Source: Steroidobacteraceae bacterium
GTDB lineage: Bacteria; Pseudomonadota; Gammaproteobacteria; Steroidobacterales; Steroidobacteraceae
Length of the DNA stretch: 64,000 nucleotides
Assembly (NCBI GenBank): GCA_035534275.1
Contig: DATLSG010000016.1
Span: forward strand, 9,380 to 73,379
Direction of reading: 5' to 3'
Positions 39,738 to 50,062 of the stretch are shown here, piece after piece. Within the stretch, counting starts at the first letter, position 1; each line of letters opens with the position of its first letter. Below the pieces are notes generated by a model. That model saw only the letters and a program-made list of their open reading frames with translations. It made no database searches and was not told the DNA's origin. The position numbers were made by a program, and so were the translations under genes.

Positions 39738-40997
39738 CTACGATCTTGCCACCGCCCACACCGCGTGCAGCAGTACGTTTGCCCCCGCCTCGAGATCCTC
39801 CAGACGGGCATCTTCCGCTTCGTTGTGGCTGAGGCCGTCCCGGCATGGGACGAAGATCATCGCTGTCGGCGCGAAGCGCGCCGTATACAAGGAATCGTGG
39901 CCGGCGCCGCTGACGATCCGCTGCCGGCTGTAGCCCAGTTCGCCGGCGGTGCGATCGATCAGATCGATCAAGGCCGGATCGAATTGGGCCGGCGGCATGT
40001 GCCAAACCGTATCGATGCGTGCCTCGACGCGCGCGTCCGCCGCGAAGTACGCCACGCGGTCACGCAACTGGGCCTGCATCGCCGCGAGCTCGGCCGCCTC
40101 CGGGTGCCGCAGATCGATCGAGATGACCAAGCGCTCGGGAACCGTATTGCGCGAGCCCGGCTGAATCTTGACGTCGCCGATGGTCGTCCGTCCCCACGGC
40201 GCGCGTTCGTCCGCGAGAGAGAACGCGTAGTCGATGATTGGCAAGGCTGCGCGCCAGGGATCGCGGCGCGTCTCCATCGGCGTGGGGCCCGCATGACAGG
40301 CCTCGCCGGTCAACACCACGTCGAGCCAGTAGGCGCCCTGAATGCCGGTGACCACGCCGATCGTGGTACCCGCCGCCTCGAGGATGGGTCCTTGCTCGAT
40401 GTGCGCCTCGAACGCCGCCGCGAACGGCCGCGGCCGCGCCGGCTGCGCACCCACGTAGCCTATCCGTGCAAGCTCTTCGCCGACCGAGCGGCCGTCGCGG
40501 TCGGCCCGTGCATACGCGTAGTCGAGACCGAACGCTCCCGCGACCACCCCCGAGCCGAGCATCGCCGGGGCGAAGCGGCAGCCTTCCTCGTTCGTCCAGC
40601 TGACGACTTCGACCGGCCGCCGCGCGACCAAACCACGCTCGCCGAGCGTGCGCAGCACCTCGATTCCGGCGAGCACCCCATAGACCCCGTCGAAGCGCCC
40701 GCCCGTCGCCTGCGTGTCCAGGTGGCTGCCGATCAGCACCGGCGCCGCGCCCGGGTCCGTGCCCTCGCGTCGCGCGAACAGGTTGCCGATCTCGTCGACC
40801 GTGACACGGCAGCCGAGCGAACGGGTCAATTCGACGAAGTGGTCGCGACCGATGCGGTCATCATCGGTCAAGGCCTGTCGATTGCAGCCGCCGCGTCCCG
40901 TGGCGCCGATCCGCGCCATCTCCTCGAGGCTCGCCCAAAGCCGGGCCGCGTCGATTCGCAGCCCGTCGCAACTCTCCGGTCCATCCTCGCACGGCAT
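39738..40997 (-). CDS. M20 family amidase (allantoate amidohydrolase / N-carbamoyl-L-amino-acid hydrolase type)
   Basis: 419 aa. IGSHLDTQATGGRFDGVYGVLAGIEVLRTL and SGAGHDS are motifs of the hydantoinase/carbamoylase family. Confidence 0.85.
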   Translation of the reverse strand: MPCEDGPESCDGLRIDAARLWASLEEMARIGATGRGGCNRQALTDDDRIGRDHFVELTRSLGCRVTVDEIGNLFARREGTDPGAAPVLIGSHLDTQATGGRFDGVYGVLAGIEVLRTLGERGLVARRPVEVVSWTNEEGCRFAPAMLGSGVVAGAFGLDYAYARADRDGRSVGEELARIGYVGAQPARPRPFAAAFEAHIEQGPILEAAGTTIGVVTGIQGAYWLDVVLTGEACHAGPTPMETRRDPWRAALPIIDYAFSLADERAPWGRTTIGDVKIQPGSRNTVPERLVISIDLRHPEAAELAAMQAQLRDRVAYFAADARVEARIDTVWHMPPAQFDPALIDLIDRTAGELGYSRQRIVSGAGHDSLYTARFAPTAMIFVPCRDGLSHNEAEDARLEDLEAGANVLLHAVWAVARS

Positions 40998-41574
40998 TGC
41001 AGCACTCGAATTGGTCCAGGCCCACTGATTAATCAGGTTAACGCCATCCCGCTGCGAAGAATACCCCCACGAGCTCCGCCAAACAGCCGGGTGCGAGACA
41101 GGCCGCGGTGGTTTATCCTGGCGATCCAGCCGGGCGCAGTCGGGTTCAATCGGGGGTCGCCGATGCCTCTCGAGCCGCTTCTGCTTTCGTTCAGCGAGAT
41201 CGCGGCGATGTCGCCGTTCCTCGGGCCATCATCCGCCGTCGCGCAGGGTCTACCGCGCAATCTGCAGCAGGCGGCACGGCTGGAGCGAGCCGACGCCCTC
41301 CCGGCGGGCAATTATTACCCGGCACCGCGACGGTGCGCGGCGGATCGTCGGGCGAGCGTGTCGGGGCGGCAGTCCGGTAAAGTTCAAGACTGACCCGCGA
41401 CTCGGTCACGATCAGACCATGGCGCAGTCCGTAGGCGATCAACCCGGCTGGATTCGCGACCGCTTCGCGGGAAAGCCCCCGCATGGGAGCTGTGCGGTAC
41501 GCTAAGGACGCCGGGGGCCGCGGCGGGATTCGGCGGCGATTGGCGTCGCGGCGCCGCTCACTTGGAGGGTTGCA

Positions 41575-42033
41575 ATGTCATCAATCGATCAGCATTTCCG
41601 GGTCGCGATGCGGCGGCTGGCGAAAATCTCGACGGTGAGCTTGTTGCTTGGTGCCATGAGCGCAGCCATTGCGGCGCGTGCCGCCAACCCGCAAGCGGCT
41701 GCGGAAGCGGCCGCCGCGACTTGGCTCGCGTTGGTCGACGCCGGCAAATACGGCAGCAGCTGGACCCAAGCCGCCAGCTACGTTCGCCAGACGGTCGCGC
41801 AATCGGCGTGGGCATTGTCGGTCGCCCGCGCGCGGGCCGTATGCGGTCCGCTGCAGTCGCGGCACCTCGAATCGGCGTACGCGACCGCGTATTTACCCGA
41901 TTCGCCCGATGGACATTACGTGGTCATCCACTACTCGAGCCGCTTTGCGCACAAGATCGGTGTGACCGAGACGATCACGATGGTCGCCGAATCATCCGGT
42001 CGCTGGCGCGTCATCGGCTACTACATCAACTGA
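41575..42033 (+). CDS. DUF4019 domain secreted protein
   Basis: 152 aa with a signal peptide. WLALVDAGKYGSSWTQAASYVRQTV...GRWRVIGYYI is typical of DUF4019. GGAGGG lies upstream. Confidence 0.7.
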   Translation: MSSIDQHFRVAMRRLAKISTVSLLLGAMSAAIAARAANPQAAAEAAAATWLALVDAGKYGSSWTQAASYVRQTVAQSAWALSVARARAVCGPLQSRHLESAYATAYLPDSPDGHYVVIHYSSRFAHKIGVTETITMVAESSGRWRVIGYYIN

Positions 42034-43097
42034 TCGCGGAACTCGAGAATCCGGCCTGCGCGCGGATCGCAGACGAAAACCCGGCCGCGGCCGTCGTCGG
42101 TGACGCAGTGCGCGCCCGGAGCCGTGCGGTAGAGCGCACGCGGCTGTAACGCGCCGGAGTCACTCACCCGGAACACGGTCAGCGTCGCGGCGCGCGCCCC
42201 CGGGACATAGAGATGCCGAAGCGCGGCTGAGTAGCTGATGATGTCCACACCGGCGCCGACCGTAGCCTTCGCCAGCATGCGGCCGCCGGACCTGAGGTCG
42301 AGGACCGTCGCCGCTCCCTCGGCGCAGCCGACGAAGAGGAATTGCCGGGCCTCGTCCAATGCGAGTCCGCGGGGTCCCGCGCAGCCGTTGCGCCAGGTGC
42401 CGATCACCCCCGGGTGCGCCAGATCCAGCACCGCGGTCTTATCCTTCCAGAGGTTGGTATAGGCGCGGCCGAGCGCGCTGTCGAATACCAGCGACTCCGG
42501 CCCGCCAGGCACCGCCACCGTACGGATGAGCGTGAACCTCGGCTGCGCACCGCTGCGGATCCGAAACACCTGGATCTGCTGGCCACGCGGTTCGGTCACC
42601 CAGAGTTCCCGGCGAGCGCCGAGGTAACGCACGTAGTCCGGCTCGCTCGCAAGCGGCACACGGGAGACCGCCTTGCCGTCGTGTGCATTCAGGACGACGA
42701 CGGCGCTGTGTTCATGGTCGCTCGCGAAGATGTAGCCGTCGCCGTAGGCCGCCGAGGTCGTCCCGGCGCGATGCGCCTGGTTCGCGGCGGCGGGCGCAAT
42801 CCGATAGCGCGCGGCGATGGCGCCGTTGCGCGGATCGATGAGATCGAGCATGCCGGTTCGGCCGGCCGGGATGGATACCCGATCGAGCACGGAGAAATAG
42901 CCGATGTCGTCGAATCCGATGCCGGGCCCGCCGCCGGGGATGCGCAGCCGCGCCCGGGGCGCCGCCAGAGTCGCCGGTGCCGCCGGTGCCGCCTGCGCTG
43001 TCTGCGTACCGCCGATCGCCAGAGCGAGCACGCTCAGCGCCGCAAGCGCGCCGGCGTGCCGTGTTGCCCAGTCATTGTTCGCATGTGCGATCCACAT
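42021..43097 (-). CDS. secreted beta-propeller repeat protein (YncE/YVTN-like)
   Basis: Signal peptide ...TAQAAPA. Repeated strand-rich blocks. ATG at 43097 is preceded by GGAG. The family call is tentative. Confidence 0.4.
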   Translation of the reverse strand: MWIAHANNDWATRHAGALAALSVLALAIGGTQTAQAAPAAPATLAAPRARLRIPGGGPGIGFDDIGYFSVLDRVSIPAGRTGMLDLIDPRNGAIAARYRIAPAAANQAHRAGTTSAAYGDGYIFASDHEHSAVVVLNAHDGKAVSRVPLASEPDYVRYLGARRELWVTEPRGQQIQVFRIRSGAQPRFTLIRTVAVPGGPESLVFDSALGRAYTNLWKDKTAVLDLAHPGVIGTWRNGCAGPRGLALDEARQFLFVGCAEGAATVLDLRSGGRMLAKATVGAGVDIISYSAALRHLYVPGARAATLTVFRVSDSGALQPRALYRTAPGAHCVTDDGRGRVFVCDPRAGRILEFRDQLM

Positions 43098-43262
43098 AGC
43101 AGTCTCCGCGTCGCCGTTGCTACGCCGCGCCGCTCGCATGGCGCAGGCGCTGCAACCCAGCCATTCTAAAGGGCATCGTTCGGCTTGTCAGCGGCGTCGG
43201 CCACGGCGCCGCTATGGAGTGCGGTCGACCCTCGTACAATGCGGCGGACCCGGACGTATGCC

Positions 43263-43679
43263 TCACCAACTAGTTTTGCGATGCGCGTACTGGGGGGACA
43301 TGGGCATCATGTTGGCGTTCTCGTTGTACATGACCCAGATCGATGCGCCCAGCACGATCACCACCAGCACCAGGGTAAAGATCAAGGCGAGCATGTTCCA
43401 GCCGTTTTCCGAGGTGGTGTTCATGTGCAGGAAAAACACCATGTGCACCACGATCTGCGCGGCACCGAGCGCCAATATGATCAATATCGTCACGTCCTTG
43501 TCGTGGACGACGTGATCCATGACCAGCCAGAACGGGATCGCCGTCAGAATCGCCGCCAGAACGAATCCGGTCAGATAGCCCTTGAGGCTTGCGTGCGGGA
43601 CCCGATCGCCGCGATCGTGTCCGTGGGCCTGTCGCGGGTCCATGGCGCGCGGTTCAGCGCTCCTCGAGCTGCGGCTCAT
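43263..43679 (-). CDS. cyoD: cytochrome o ubiquinol oxidase subunit IV
   Basis: SLKGYLTGFVLAAILTAIPFWLVM...VHMVFFLHMNTTSENGWNMLALIFT matches CyoD. The start overlaps the cyoC stop (ATGA). Confidence 0.9.
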   Translation of the reverse strand: MSRSSRSAEPRAMDPRQAHGHDRGDRVPHASLKGYLTGFVLAAILTAIPFWLVMDHVVHDKDVTILIILALGAAQIVVHMVFFLHMNTTSENGWNMLALIFTLVLVVIVLGASIWVMYNENANMMPMSPQYAHRKTSW

Positions 43680-44302
43680 CGCAGTACTCCCACCAGGTAG
43701 ACGAAGCTGAAGACTCCGACCCAGATCAGATCGAGGAAGTGCCAGAACATGCCGAGGCAGTTCAGGCGCCGTCGATTGTCGGCGGTCAATCCATATTTGC
43801 CCACCTGCACCATGAGGGTGATCAGCCAAATGATGCCGAACGTCACGTGCAGACCATGCGTTCCCACCAGCGTGAAGAACGACGACAGGAACGCGCTGCG
43901 ATCCGGCCCGGCGCCTTCGGCCACCATGTGGATGAATTCGCGGATTTCCAGGCCGACGAAGCCCGCCGCCAACACGCCAGCGACCGCGAGCCAGGCGAGC
44001 GTCGCCCGTCCGCGGTCTTTCGCCATTGCCAGCATCGCAACGCCGAACGTCACCGAAGACAGCAACAGCAACGCGGTGTTGATCGCGAGCCCCGGCAAAT
44101 CGACCACGTCCTTGGCCGACGGTCCGGCGGCATAGCTACCGCCGAGCACCGCGTTGCACGCAAAAAGCGCGGCGAAGATGAAGCAATCGCTCATCAGATA
44201 GATCCAGAAGCCCAGTAGCGCGCCGTTCTGCGGATGCGGCTCTTCCGTGCAGTAGAACGCCGGTGCAGCGGATTTCACGGTTTCGCCTGCCGTGGTGTTC
44301 AT
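43676..44302 (-). CDS. cyoC: cytochrome o ubiquinol oxidase subunit III
   Basis: 208 aa. [20 protein letters not shown]...[18 protein letters not shown]. The start overlaps the cyoB stop. Confidence 0.92.
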   Translation of the reverse strand: MNTTAGETVKSAAPAFYCTEEPHPQNGALLGFWIYLMSDCFIFAALFACNAVLGGSYAAGPSAKDVVDLPGLAINTALLLLSSVTFGVAMLAMAKDRGRATLAWLAVAGVLAAGFVGLEIREFIHMVAEGAGPDRSAFLSSFFTLVGTHGLHVTFGIIWLITLMVQVGKYGLTADNRRRLNCLGMFWHFLDLIWVGVFSFVYLVGVLR

Positions 44303-46311
44303 GGACCGGAAGCCTGTTGAGCCAGTTGCCGACCGTACGCGAGCTCCGTGCGGCTCACCTCCGCGGCGGGTATGTGGTATTCGCGCTGATAGTTGCAGCT
44401 GTGCCCGATCACCACGCCGACCAAGGATGCGAACGCGCCCGCCGCCAACCACCAGATGTGCCAGACCAGGCCGAATCCGCAGGCGAATGCAAACCCCGCC
44501 AGGATTACGCCGGCACCGGTGTTCCTCGGCATATCGATCGGCTTGAAACCCTCCGTCGGCCGTTCGTGCCCGCGCTGTTTCATGTCCGTCCAGGCATCGC
44601 GTTCATAAACGATGGGCGTGAACGCGAAGTTGTACGCTGGCGGCGGCGACGAGGTCGCCCATTCCAGGGTGCGGCCGTCCCAGATGTCTCCGGTCGGATC
44701 ACGCAAGGAGTCGCGGTTGCGGATGCTGACCACGATCTGGATCAGCAACGCAACGATCCCGAGGAAGATCAGCAATGCGCCAAACGCCGCGATCTGGAAC
44801 CAGATCTGCAGGCTCGGATCCGTGAAGTGGCTGAGGCGGCGGGTCACGCCCATCAGCCCAAGGACGTACAAGGGCGCGAATGCGATCCAGAAGCCGACCA
44901 GCCAGAACCAGAAACAGACCTTGCCCCAGAACGGATCCAAGCGGAAACCGAAGGCCTTCGGAAACCAGTAGTTGACGCCGGCAAACGCGCCGAACACGAC
45001 TCCGCCGATGATCACGTTGTGGAAGTGCGCCACCAGAAACAGACTGTTGTGCAGCAGGAAGTCGGCCGGCGCGACCGACAGCATCACGCCGGTCATGCCG
45101 CCGATGGTGAACGTGAAGAGAAAGCCGAGGGCCCACAACATCGGCACGTCGAAGCGGATGCGTCCGCGATACATCGTGAACAGCCAGTTGAAGATCTTCA
45201 CGCCCGTAGGAATGGAAATCATCATCGTCGTCAGGGCGAAGAATGAATTGACGTCGGCGCCAGACCCCATCGTGAAGAAATGGTGCAGCCAGACCAGGTA
45301 GGACAGGATCATGATGGCGACGGTCGCGTAGACCATCGACGAATAGCCGAACAGCCGCTTGCCCGAGAACGTTGCGATGACTTCCGAATACACGCCGAAC
45401 ATCGGCAGGATCAGAATGTAGACCTCCGGGTGTCCCCATATCCATATCAGGTTGATGTACATCATGATGTTGCCGCCGAGATCGCTGGTGAAGAAGTGGG
45501 TACCGACGTAGCGGTCCAGCGACAACAAAGCCAACGACGCCGTCAGGACCGGGAAAGCCGCAACGATCAGTGCGTTGGTGCACAAGGCGGTCCAGGTGAA
45601 AATCGGCATTTTCATCAGGGTCATGCCGGGCGCGCGCATCTTCAGGATCGTCACGACCATGTTGATCCCCGAAAGCAGGGTGCCGACGCCGGCGATCTGC
45701 AGGCCCCAGATGTAATAATCGACGCCGACCCCCGGACTTTGCGCGAGCTCGGAAACCGGCGGATATCCCAGCCAACCGGTCCGGGCAAAATCGCCGAGGA
45801 AAAGCGAGACCATGAACAGCATGGCGCCGGCCACGGTCATCCAGAAGCTGAAATTATTCAGAAATGGGAAGGCCACGTCGCGCGCCCCGATCTGCATCGG
45901 CATGGCGAAGTTCATCAGTCCGACGATGAACGGCATGGCGACGAAGAAAATCATGATTGCACCGTGCGCGGTGAAGATCTGGTCGTAGTGGTGCGGCGGC
46001 AGAAAGCCCATGTTGGCGCCGAAGGCGATGGCCTGCTGCATGCGCATCATCACCGCGTCGGCGATTCCGCGCAGCAGCATCACGATCGCGAACGCGACGT
46101 ACATGATGCCGATCTTCTTGTGATCGATGCTGGTGAACCATTCGCGCCACAGGTAGCCCCATTTGCCGGCATAGGTCACCGCGCCGAGCAGCGCGATTCC
46201 ACTCGCCGAGACGGCGACGAACGTCCAGACGAGGATCGGGTTGTCATATGGAATGGCGCTCCAGGACAGACGCCCGAGGATGAAGTGGAGCAATGCGGAG
46301 CGGTCATGCAT
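44299..46311 (-). CDS. cyoB: cytochrome o ubiquinol oxidase subunit I
   Basis: 670 aa with heme-copper oxidase motifs ([28 protein letters not shown]). Confidence 0.97.
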   Translation of the reverse strand: MHDRSALLHFILGRLSWSAIPYDNPILVWTFVAVSASGIALLGAVTYAGKWGYLWREWFTSIDHKKIGIMYVAFAIVMLLRGIADAVMMRMQQAIAFGANMGFLPPHHYDQIFTAHGAIMIFFVAMPFIVGLMNFAMPMQIGARDVAFPFLNNFSFWMTVAGAMLFMVSLFLGDFARTGWLGYPPVSELAQSPGVGVDYYIWGLQIAGVGTLLSGINMVVTILKMRAPGMTLMKMPIFTWTALCTNALIVAAFPVLTASLALLSLDRYVGTHFFTSDLGGNIMMYINLIWIWGHPEVYILILPMFGVYSEVIATFSGKRLFGYSSMVYATVAIMILSYLVWLHHFFTMGSGADVNSFFALTTMMISIPTGVKIFNWLFTMYRGRIRFDVPMLWALGFLFTFTIGGMTGVMLSVAPADFLLHNSLFLVAHFHNVIIGGVVFGAFAGVNYWFPKAFGFRLDPFWGKVCFWFWLVGFWIAFAPLYVLGLMGVTRRLSHFTDPSLQIWFQIAAFGALLIFLGIVALLIQIVVSIRNRDSLRDPTGDIWDGRTLEWATSSPPPAYNFAFTPIVYERDAWTDMKQRGHERPTEGFKPIDMPRNTGAGVILAGFAFACGFGLVWHIWWLAAGAFASLVGVVIGHSCNYQREYHIPAAEVSRTELAYGRQLAQQASGP

Positions 46312-46333
46312 CGTTCTGGCCTCGCGCGATGGA

Positions 46334-47320
46334 TCAGTGTGTCGCGGCCGCGCCCATGTTCATGCCGTGCGCAGGCACGGGCCCGGTGGCGCCGGCGCCG
46401 GCCAAGGGGCGCCCGCCGCGGGCGTCGATGGCCATCATCCGGCGCATGCACATATGTTGCGGATCGACGCAGCGGTTGAGAATCCGGGTGTACAGATCCG
46501 GCTCGTAGCTCGCATAGTGATGTACGGGTTCCGCCCGGCTGGGTTGGGCGAGCCGTTGATACGCCCGGCGATCGAGCGTGCCGCCGCCCGCCTTGATCCG
46601 CGACACCCAGCGTTGGAATGCCGGCGCGCTCAGGCCGAGAAAGCGAAAACGCATGTCGGTGAAGCCCAAGCCGCTGTAGTTGGCCGAGAAGCCCTTGTAG
46701 TCGCCGGGTTCATTGATCACCGCATGCAACACCGTCTGCATGCCGGGCATCGTGTAGATCTGTCCCGCCAAGGCCGGCACGAAGAACGAGTTCATCGTGG
46801 CCGAGGAGGTGAGCCTGAAGTCGATCGGCACGTCGATCGGCGCCGCCATTTGATTCACGGCCGCGATACCGTAGTCGGGATAGAAAAACAGCCATTTCCA
46901 GTCGAGCGACACCACTTCGACTCGCAGCGGCTTGATCTGCGCCGAAACGACCTGCGAATCGTCGATCCGACGGAGCGGCCGATAGGGGTCCAGCTGATGC
47001 GTGCCGATCCACGTCATCGCACCGAGCGCGATGATGATCATGAGGGGAGCCGCCCAGACGATGAGTTCGACTTTGGTGGAATGCTCCCACTCGGGATCGT
47101 AGGTCGAGGTCTTCGCCGACGCGCGGTACCGCCAGGCGACGACCGCGATGGCAACCAGCACCGGCACGATGATCAGCAGCATCAGAACGACCGAGGCGAT
47201 CATCAAGTTGCGCTGCCGCATCGCCACGTCGCCGGCGGGGTGCAGCAGAACCATGTTGCAGCCGCTCAGCAGTGCCGCCCATGGCGCCAGCAGCAGGCCG
47301 CGGAGAGATTTCACTGACAT
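46334..47320 (-). CDS. cyoA: cytochrome o ubiquinol oxidase subunit II
   Basis: 328 aa. Lipoprotein-type signal (LLSGC), two TM segments and a cupredoxin-like domain without CuA ligands. It occupies the first position of the cyo operon. Confidence 0.9.
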   Translation of the reverse strand: MSVKSLRGLLLAPWAALLSGCNMVLLHPAGDVAMRQRNLMIASVVLMLLIIVPVLVAIAVVAWRYRASAKTSTYDPEWEHSTKVELIVWAAPLMIIIALGAMTWIGTHQLDPYRPLRRIDDSQVVSAQIKPLRVEVVSLDWKWLFFYPDYGIAAVNQMAAPIDVPIDFRLTSSATMNSFFVPALAGQIYTMPGMQTVLHAVINEPGDYKGFSANYSGLGFTDMRFRFLGLSAPAFQRWVSRIKAGGGTLDRRAYQRLAQPSRAEPVHHYASYEPDLYTRILNRCVDPQHMCMRRMMAIDARGGRPLAGAGATGPVPAHGMNMGAAATH

Positions 47321-47538
47321 GGCGATGCGTCGGCGGGCATGGAAGGTGCGGCATTATACGAATGTAGCCGCGCAATGACGATTGAAGCTTTCTTCACCCG
47401 CGGTCGACTGCACAAATTTCGTACATTCATGCGCACCGAATCGCGGCGTCGATGCATTCGGCGGCCGATTTGAGCGTGCGCCGATCGCGCGTTCGGCCTA
47501 AGATCGCAGCAGGTGAAAAGCGGCCGCACGGGAACATC

Positions 47539-48879
47539 ATGTCGAGCACTCATGCAAGTTCGAGCGTCCAGCCGACCGCGCCGGCTCATAGCAACTCCAG
47601 GCCCACGCAGGATCACGGCGTATCGCTCGGCGATATCGCGATCGGCGTCGTCATCGGCCGCACCTCCGAATTCTTCGACTTCTTCGTCTTCGGCATCGGC
47701 TGCGTACTGATCTTCCCGTCGGTGTTTTTTCCGTTTGCCAGCCGCTTGGACGGCACGTTCTACGCCTTCGCGATCTTTTCGCTCGCCTTCATCGGCCGCC
47801 CGCTGGGTTCACTGTTCTTCAAGCTGTTGCACGAACACTATGGTCGCGGGACCAAACTGACGATCGCGCTGTTCTTGCTTGGCAGCACGACCGCCGGCAT
47901 CGCCTTCGTTCCGGGCTATGCGTCGCTCGGCAAGGCGGCGATCGTCCTGTTGATACTGTTGCGCTTCGGCCAGGGTTTCGCGATCGGCGGCAGCTGGGAC
48001 GGTTTGCCGTCGCTGCTCGCGCTGAACGCGCCGAGCAAACGCCGTGGCTGGTACGCGATGATTCCGCAGCTGGGGGCCCCGATTGGCTTTATCGTTGCCG
48101 CGGCGCTGTTCGCCTACCTGCAGATGAGCCTCTCGCCCGGCGAATTCCTCAAGTGGGGTTGGCGCTACCCGTTCTTCGTCGCATTCGCGATCAACGTCGT
48201 CGCCCTGTTCGCGCGGCTGCGGCTGGTCATCAACCCGGAATTTTCGGCCCTCCTGAAATCCCGCGAACTCGAGCCGTCGCCGGTCGGCGAACTGGTGCGC
48301 ACGCAGGGACGCAACATCGCGCTCGGCGCGTTCGCGCCGCTCGGCAGCTATGCGTTGTTTCACATGGTCACGATCTTCGCGCTCTCCTGGGCGCTGCTGT
48401 TCACGAAGCAATCGATCGACGCCTTCCTGATCGTACAGATCGTCGGCGCCGCGGTGGCGGTGCCTTGCATGATCGTCTCGGGAGTGATCGCCGATCGCAT
48501 CGGCCGCCGCCTGACACTGGCCATCTTCGCCGTGCTGATCGCGATCTACAGCGGCTACACGCCGCTACTGCTGTCGGGCAGCACCGCGGGCGGCTATCTG
48601 TTCATCGTCCTCGGCTTCGCACTGCTGGGATTTTCCCATGCGCAGGCCGCCGGTACGGTCAATTCCAGTTTCCGCAGCTATTTCCGCTATACCGGCGCCT
48701 TGATCACTTCGGATCTAAGCTGGTTGCTCGGCGCCGCGTTCGCCCCGCTGGTGGCGTTGGCGCTCGCGTACTATTTCGGTGTGGGTTACGTCGGGCTGTA
48801 TCTGCTGTCGGGAGCGCTTGCGACGCTGGGCGCGTTATGGGTGAGTCGCGCCGAGAGTCGCACCGAGAACCCCGCGTAG
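47539..48879 (+). CDS. MFS transporter, metabolite:H+ symporter (ProP/KgtP-like) family
   Basis: GRTSEFFDFFVFG near the N-terminus and about 12 TM segments. Start is uncertain (ATG at 47539 or 47452). Confidence 0.8.
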   Translation: MSSTHASSSVQPTAPAHSNSRPTQDHGVSLGDIAIGVVIGRTSEFFDFFVFGIGCVLIFPSVFFPFASRLDGTFYAFAIFSLAFIGRPLGSLFFKLLHEHYGRGTKLTIALFLLGSTTAGIAFVPGYASLGKAAIVLLILLRFGQGFAIGGSWDGLPSLLALNAPSKRRGWYAMIPQLGAPIGFIVAAALFAYLQMSLSPGEFLKWGWRYPFFVAFAINVVALFARLRLVINPEFSALLKSRELEPSPVGELVRTQGRNIALGAFAPLGSYALFHMVTIFALSWALLFTKQSIDAFLIVQIVGAAVAVPCMIVSGVIADRIGRRLTLAIFAVLIAIYSGYTPLLLSGSTAGGYLFIVLGFALLGFSHAQAAGTVNSSFRSYFRYTGALITSDLSWLLGAAFAPLVALALAYYFGVGYVGLYLLSGALATLGALWVSRAESRTENPA

Positions 48880-48896
48880 GACGGACGGACCAGCGC

Positions 48897-49817
48897 TCAT
48901 TCGACGTTGGGGATCCGCACAATTCGGCCTTTCGCCTGGGGATCGTTCGGGTCCTTCACGACCGTCACATAGAGGCTCTTCTCGCCGGGACCGAAGGCGA
49001 CGTTGGTGGTGCCGTCGCCGGCGGCAATCGCGAATACATGCAGCAGCTTGCCCTGCGCAGAGATCTTCAGGACCTTGCCACCGGACCATTGAGCGACATA
49101 CATGTTGCCTCTGCGGCCGATCTTCATGCTGTCCGGGCCCAGCCACCAGGATCGCACCTTGTCCGGAACGAGGAGATTGAGCAGCGCGAAATTCGCCCTG
49201 TTGCTCAGCGAGCCGTCCGCGTTGACGGAGAATTTCAGAATGCAATTGCCGACCGTTTCACTGACATAGAGCGTCCTCTGATCCGGCGAAATCCCGATGC
49301 CATTTGCGTAGTTCAGATCATCGGCCACCTCGACCCATTTCCCGCTGCCCGGCGCCATGTAGAGGATCTTGCCCTCGACGGCTGTGGGTAAGGGCTTCGG
49401 CGGCCCGAACAGGGTGGCGTAGGCTCCGCCGTCGGCGGTGACCATGAGGTCGTTGACGCCGCCGGCGAACTTGTTGCCCCGGGCGTCGGTGTCCCAGCGG
49501 TGCAGGAGCCGGCCGTTCATCGTGAGTTCGAGAATCGCGCCCGGATCGTCGGTGCAGGCGAGCAGAAACGTCCGCTGCCGGGTGAGTGCGAGCCCGTTAT
49601 GGCTGCAGCCGGCGAGGGAGTTCAGCACCGTGACTTTCTTGCCATCCCATCGCGACAGCGTGTCGGAGACCCAACTGACGAAGTAGAGATTGCCGTCGAC
49701 GTACAGCGGCCCCTCGGGGCCCTCGACATGGCGCACCACGGTGACCTCGCCGGCGCTTGCGGCGCAGGCTCCCGTGAGTGCAACCGCCACGACGCAGATC
49801 ATCTTGCGCAAATGCAT
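48897..49817 (-). CDS. SMP-30/gluconolactonase/LRE-like beta-propeller protein, secreted
   Basis: Signal peptide MHLRKMICVVAVALTGACAASA. NGIGISPDQRTLYVSET and CSHNGLAL blocks. GGGAGAG lies upstream of the ATG at 49817. Confidence 0.65.
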   Translation of the reverse strand: MHLRKMICVVAVALTGACAASAGEVTVVRHVEGPEGPLYVDGNLYFVSWVSDTLSRWDGKKVTVLNSLAGCSHNGLALTRQRTFLLACTDDPGAILELTMNGRLLHRWDTDARGNKFAGGVNDLMVTADGGAYATLFGPPKPLPTAVEGKILYMAPGSGKWVEVADDLNYANGIGISPDQRTLYVSETVGNCILKFSVNADGSLSNRANFALLNLLVPDKVRSWWLGPDSMKIGRRGNMYVAQWSGGKVLKISAQGKLLHVFAIAAGDGTTNVAFGPGEKSLYVTVVKDPNDPQAKGRIVRIPNVE

Positions 49818-50062
49818 TATTGCTCTCCCTATGTCGATGGTGGCGCGTCCGGCGTGCCGACGCCGGGTGCGGCGGTGTGCCACGGGACTCGCGAAGGCGA
49901 CCATAGCAGTTCGGCGGCGAGTTGCAAATTGCGATCTCGGCGCAGCGGCCGTGCCGGCATCCGCCCCGGCGACGCGAGCCGTTCGCGCGTGCGACGTGTT
50001 AGTCTGTCATCTGGCACCGTCGGAGCGGGCACCATGAGCGCACGTTAGAGCGAGAGCATGCC

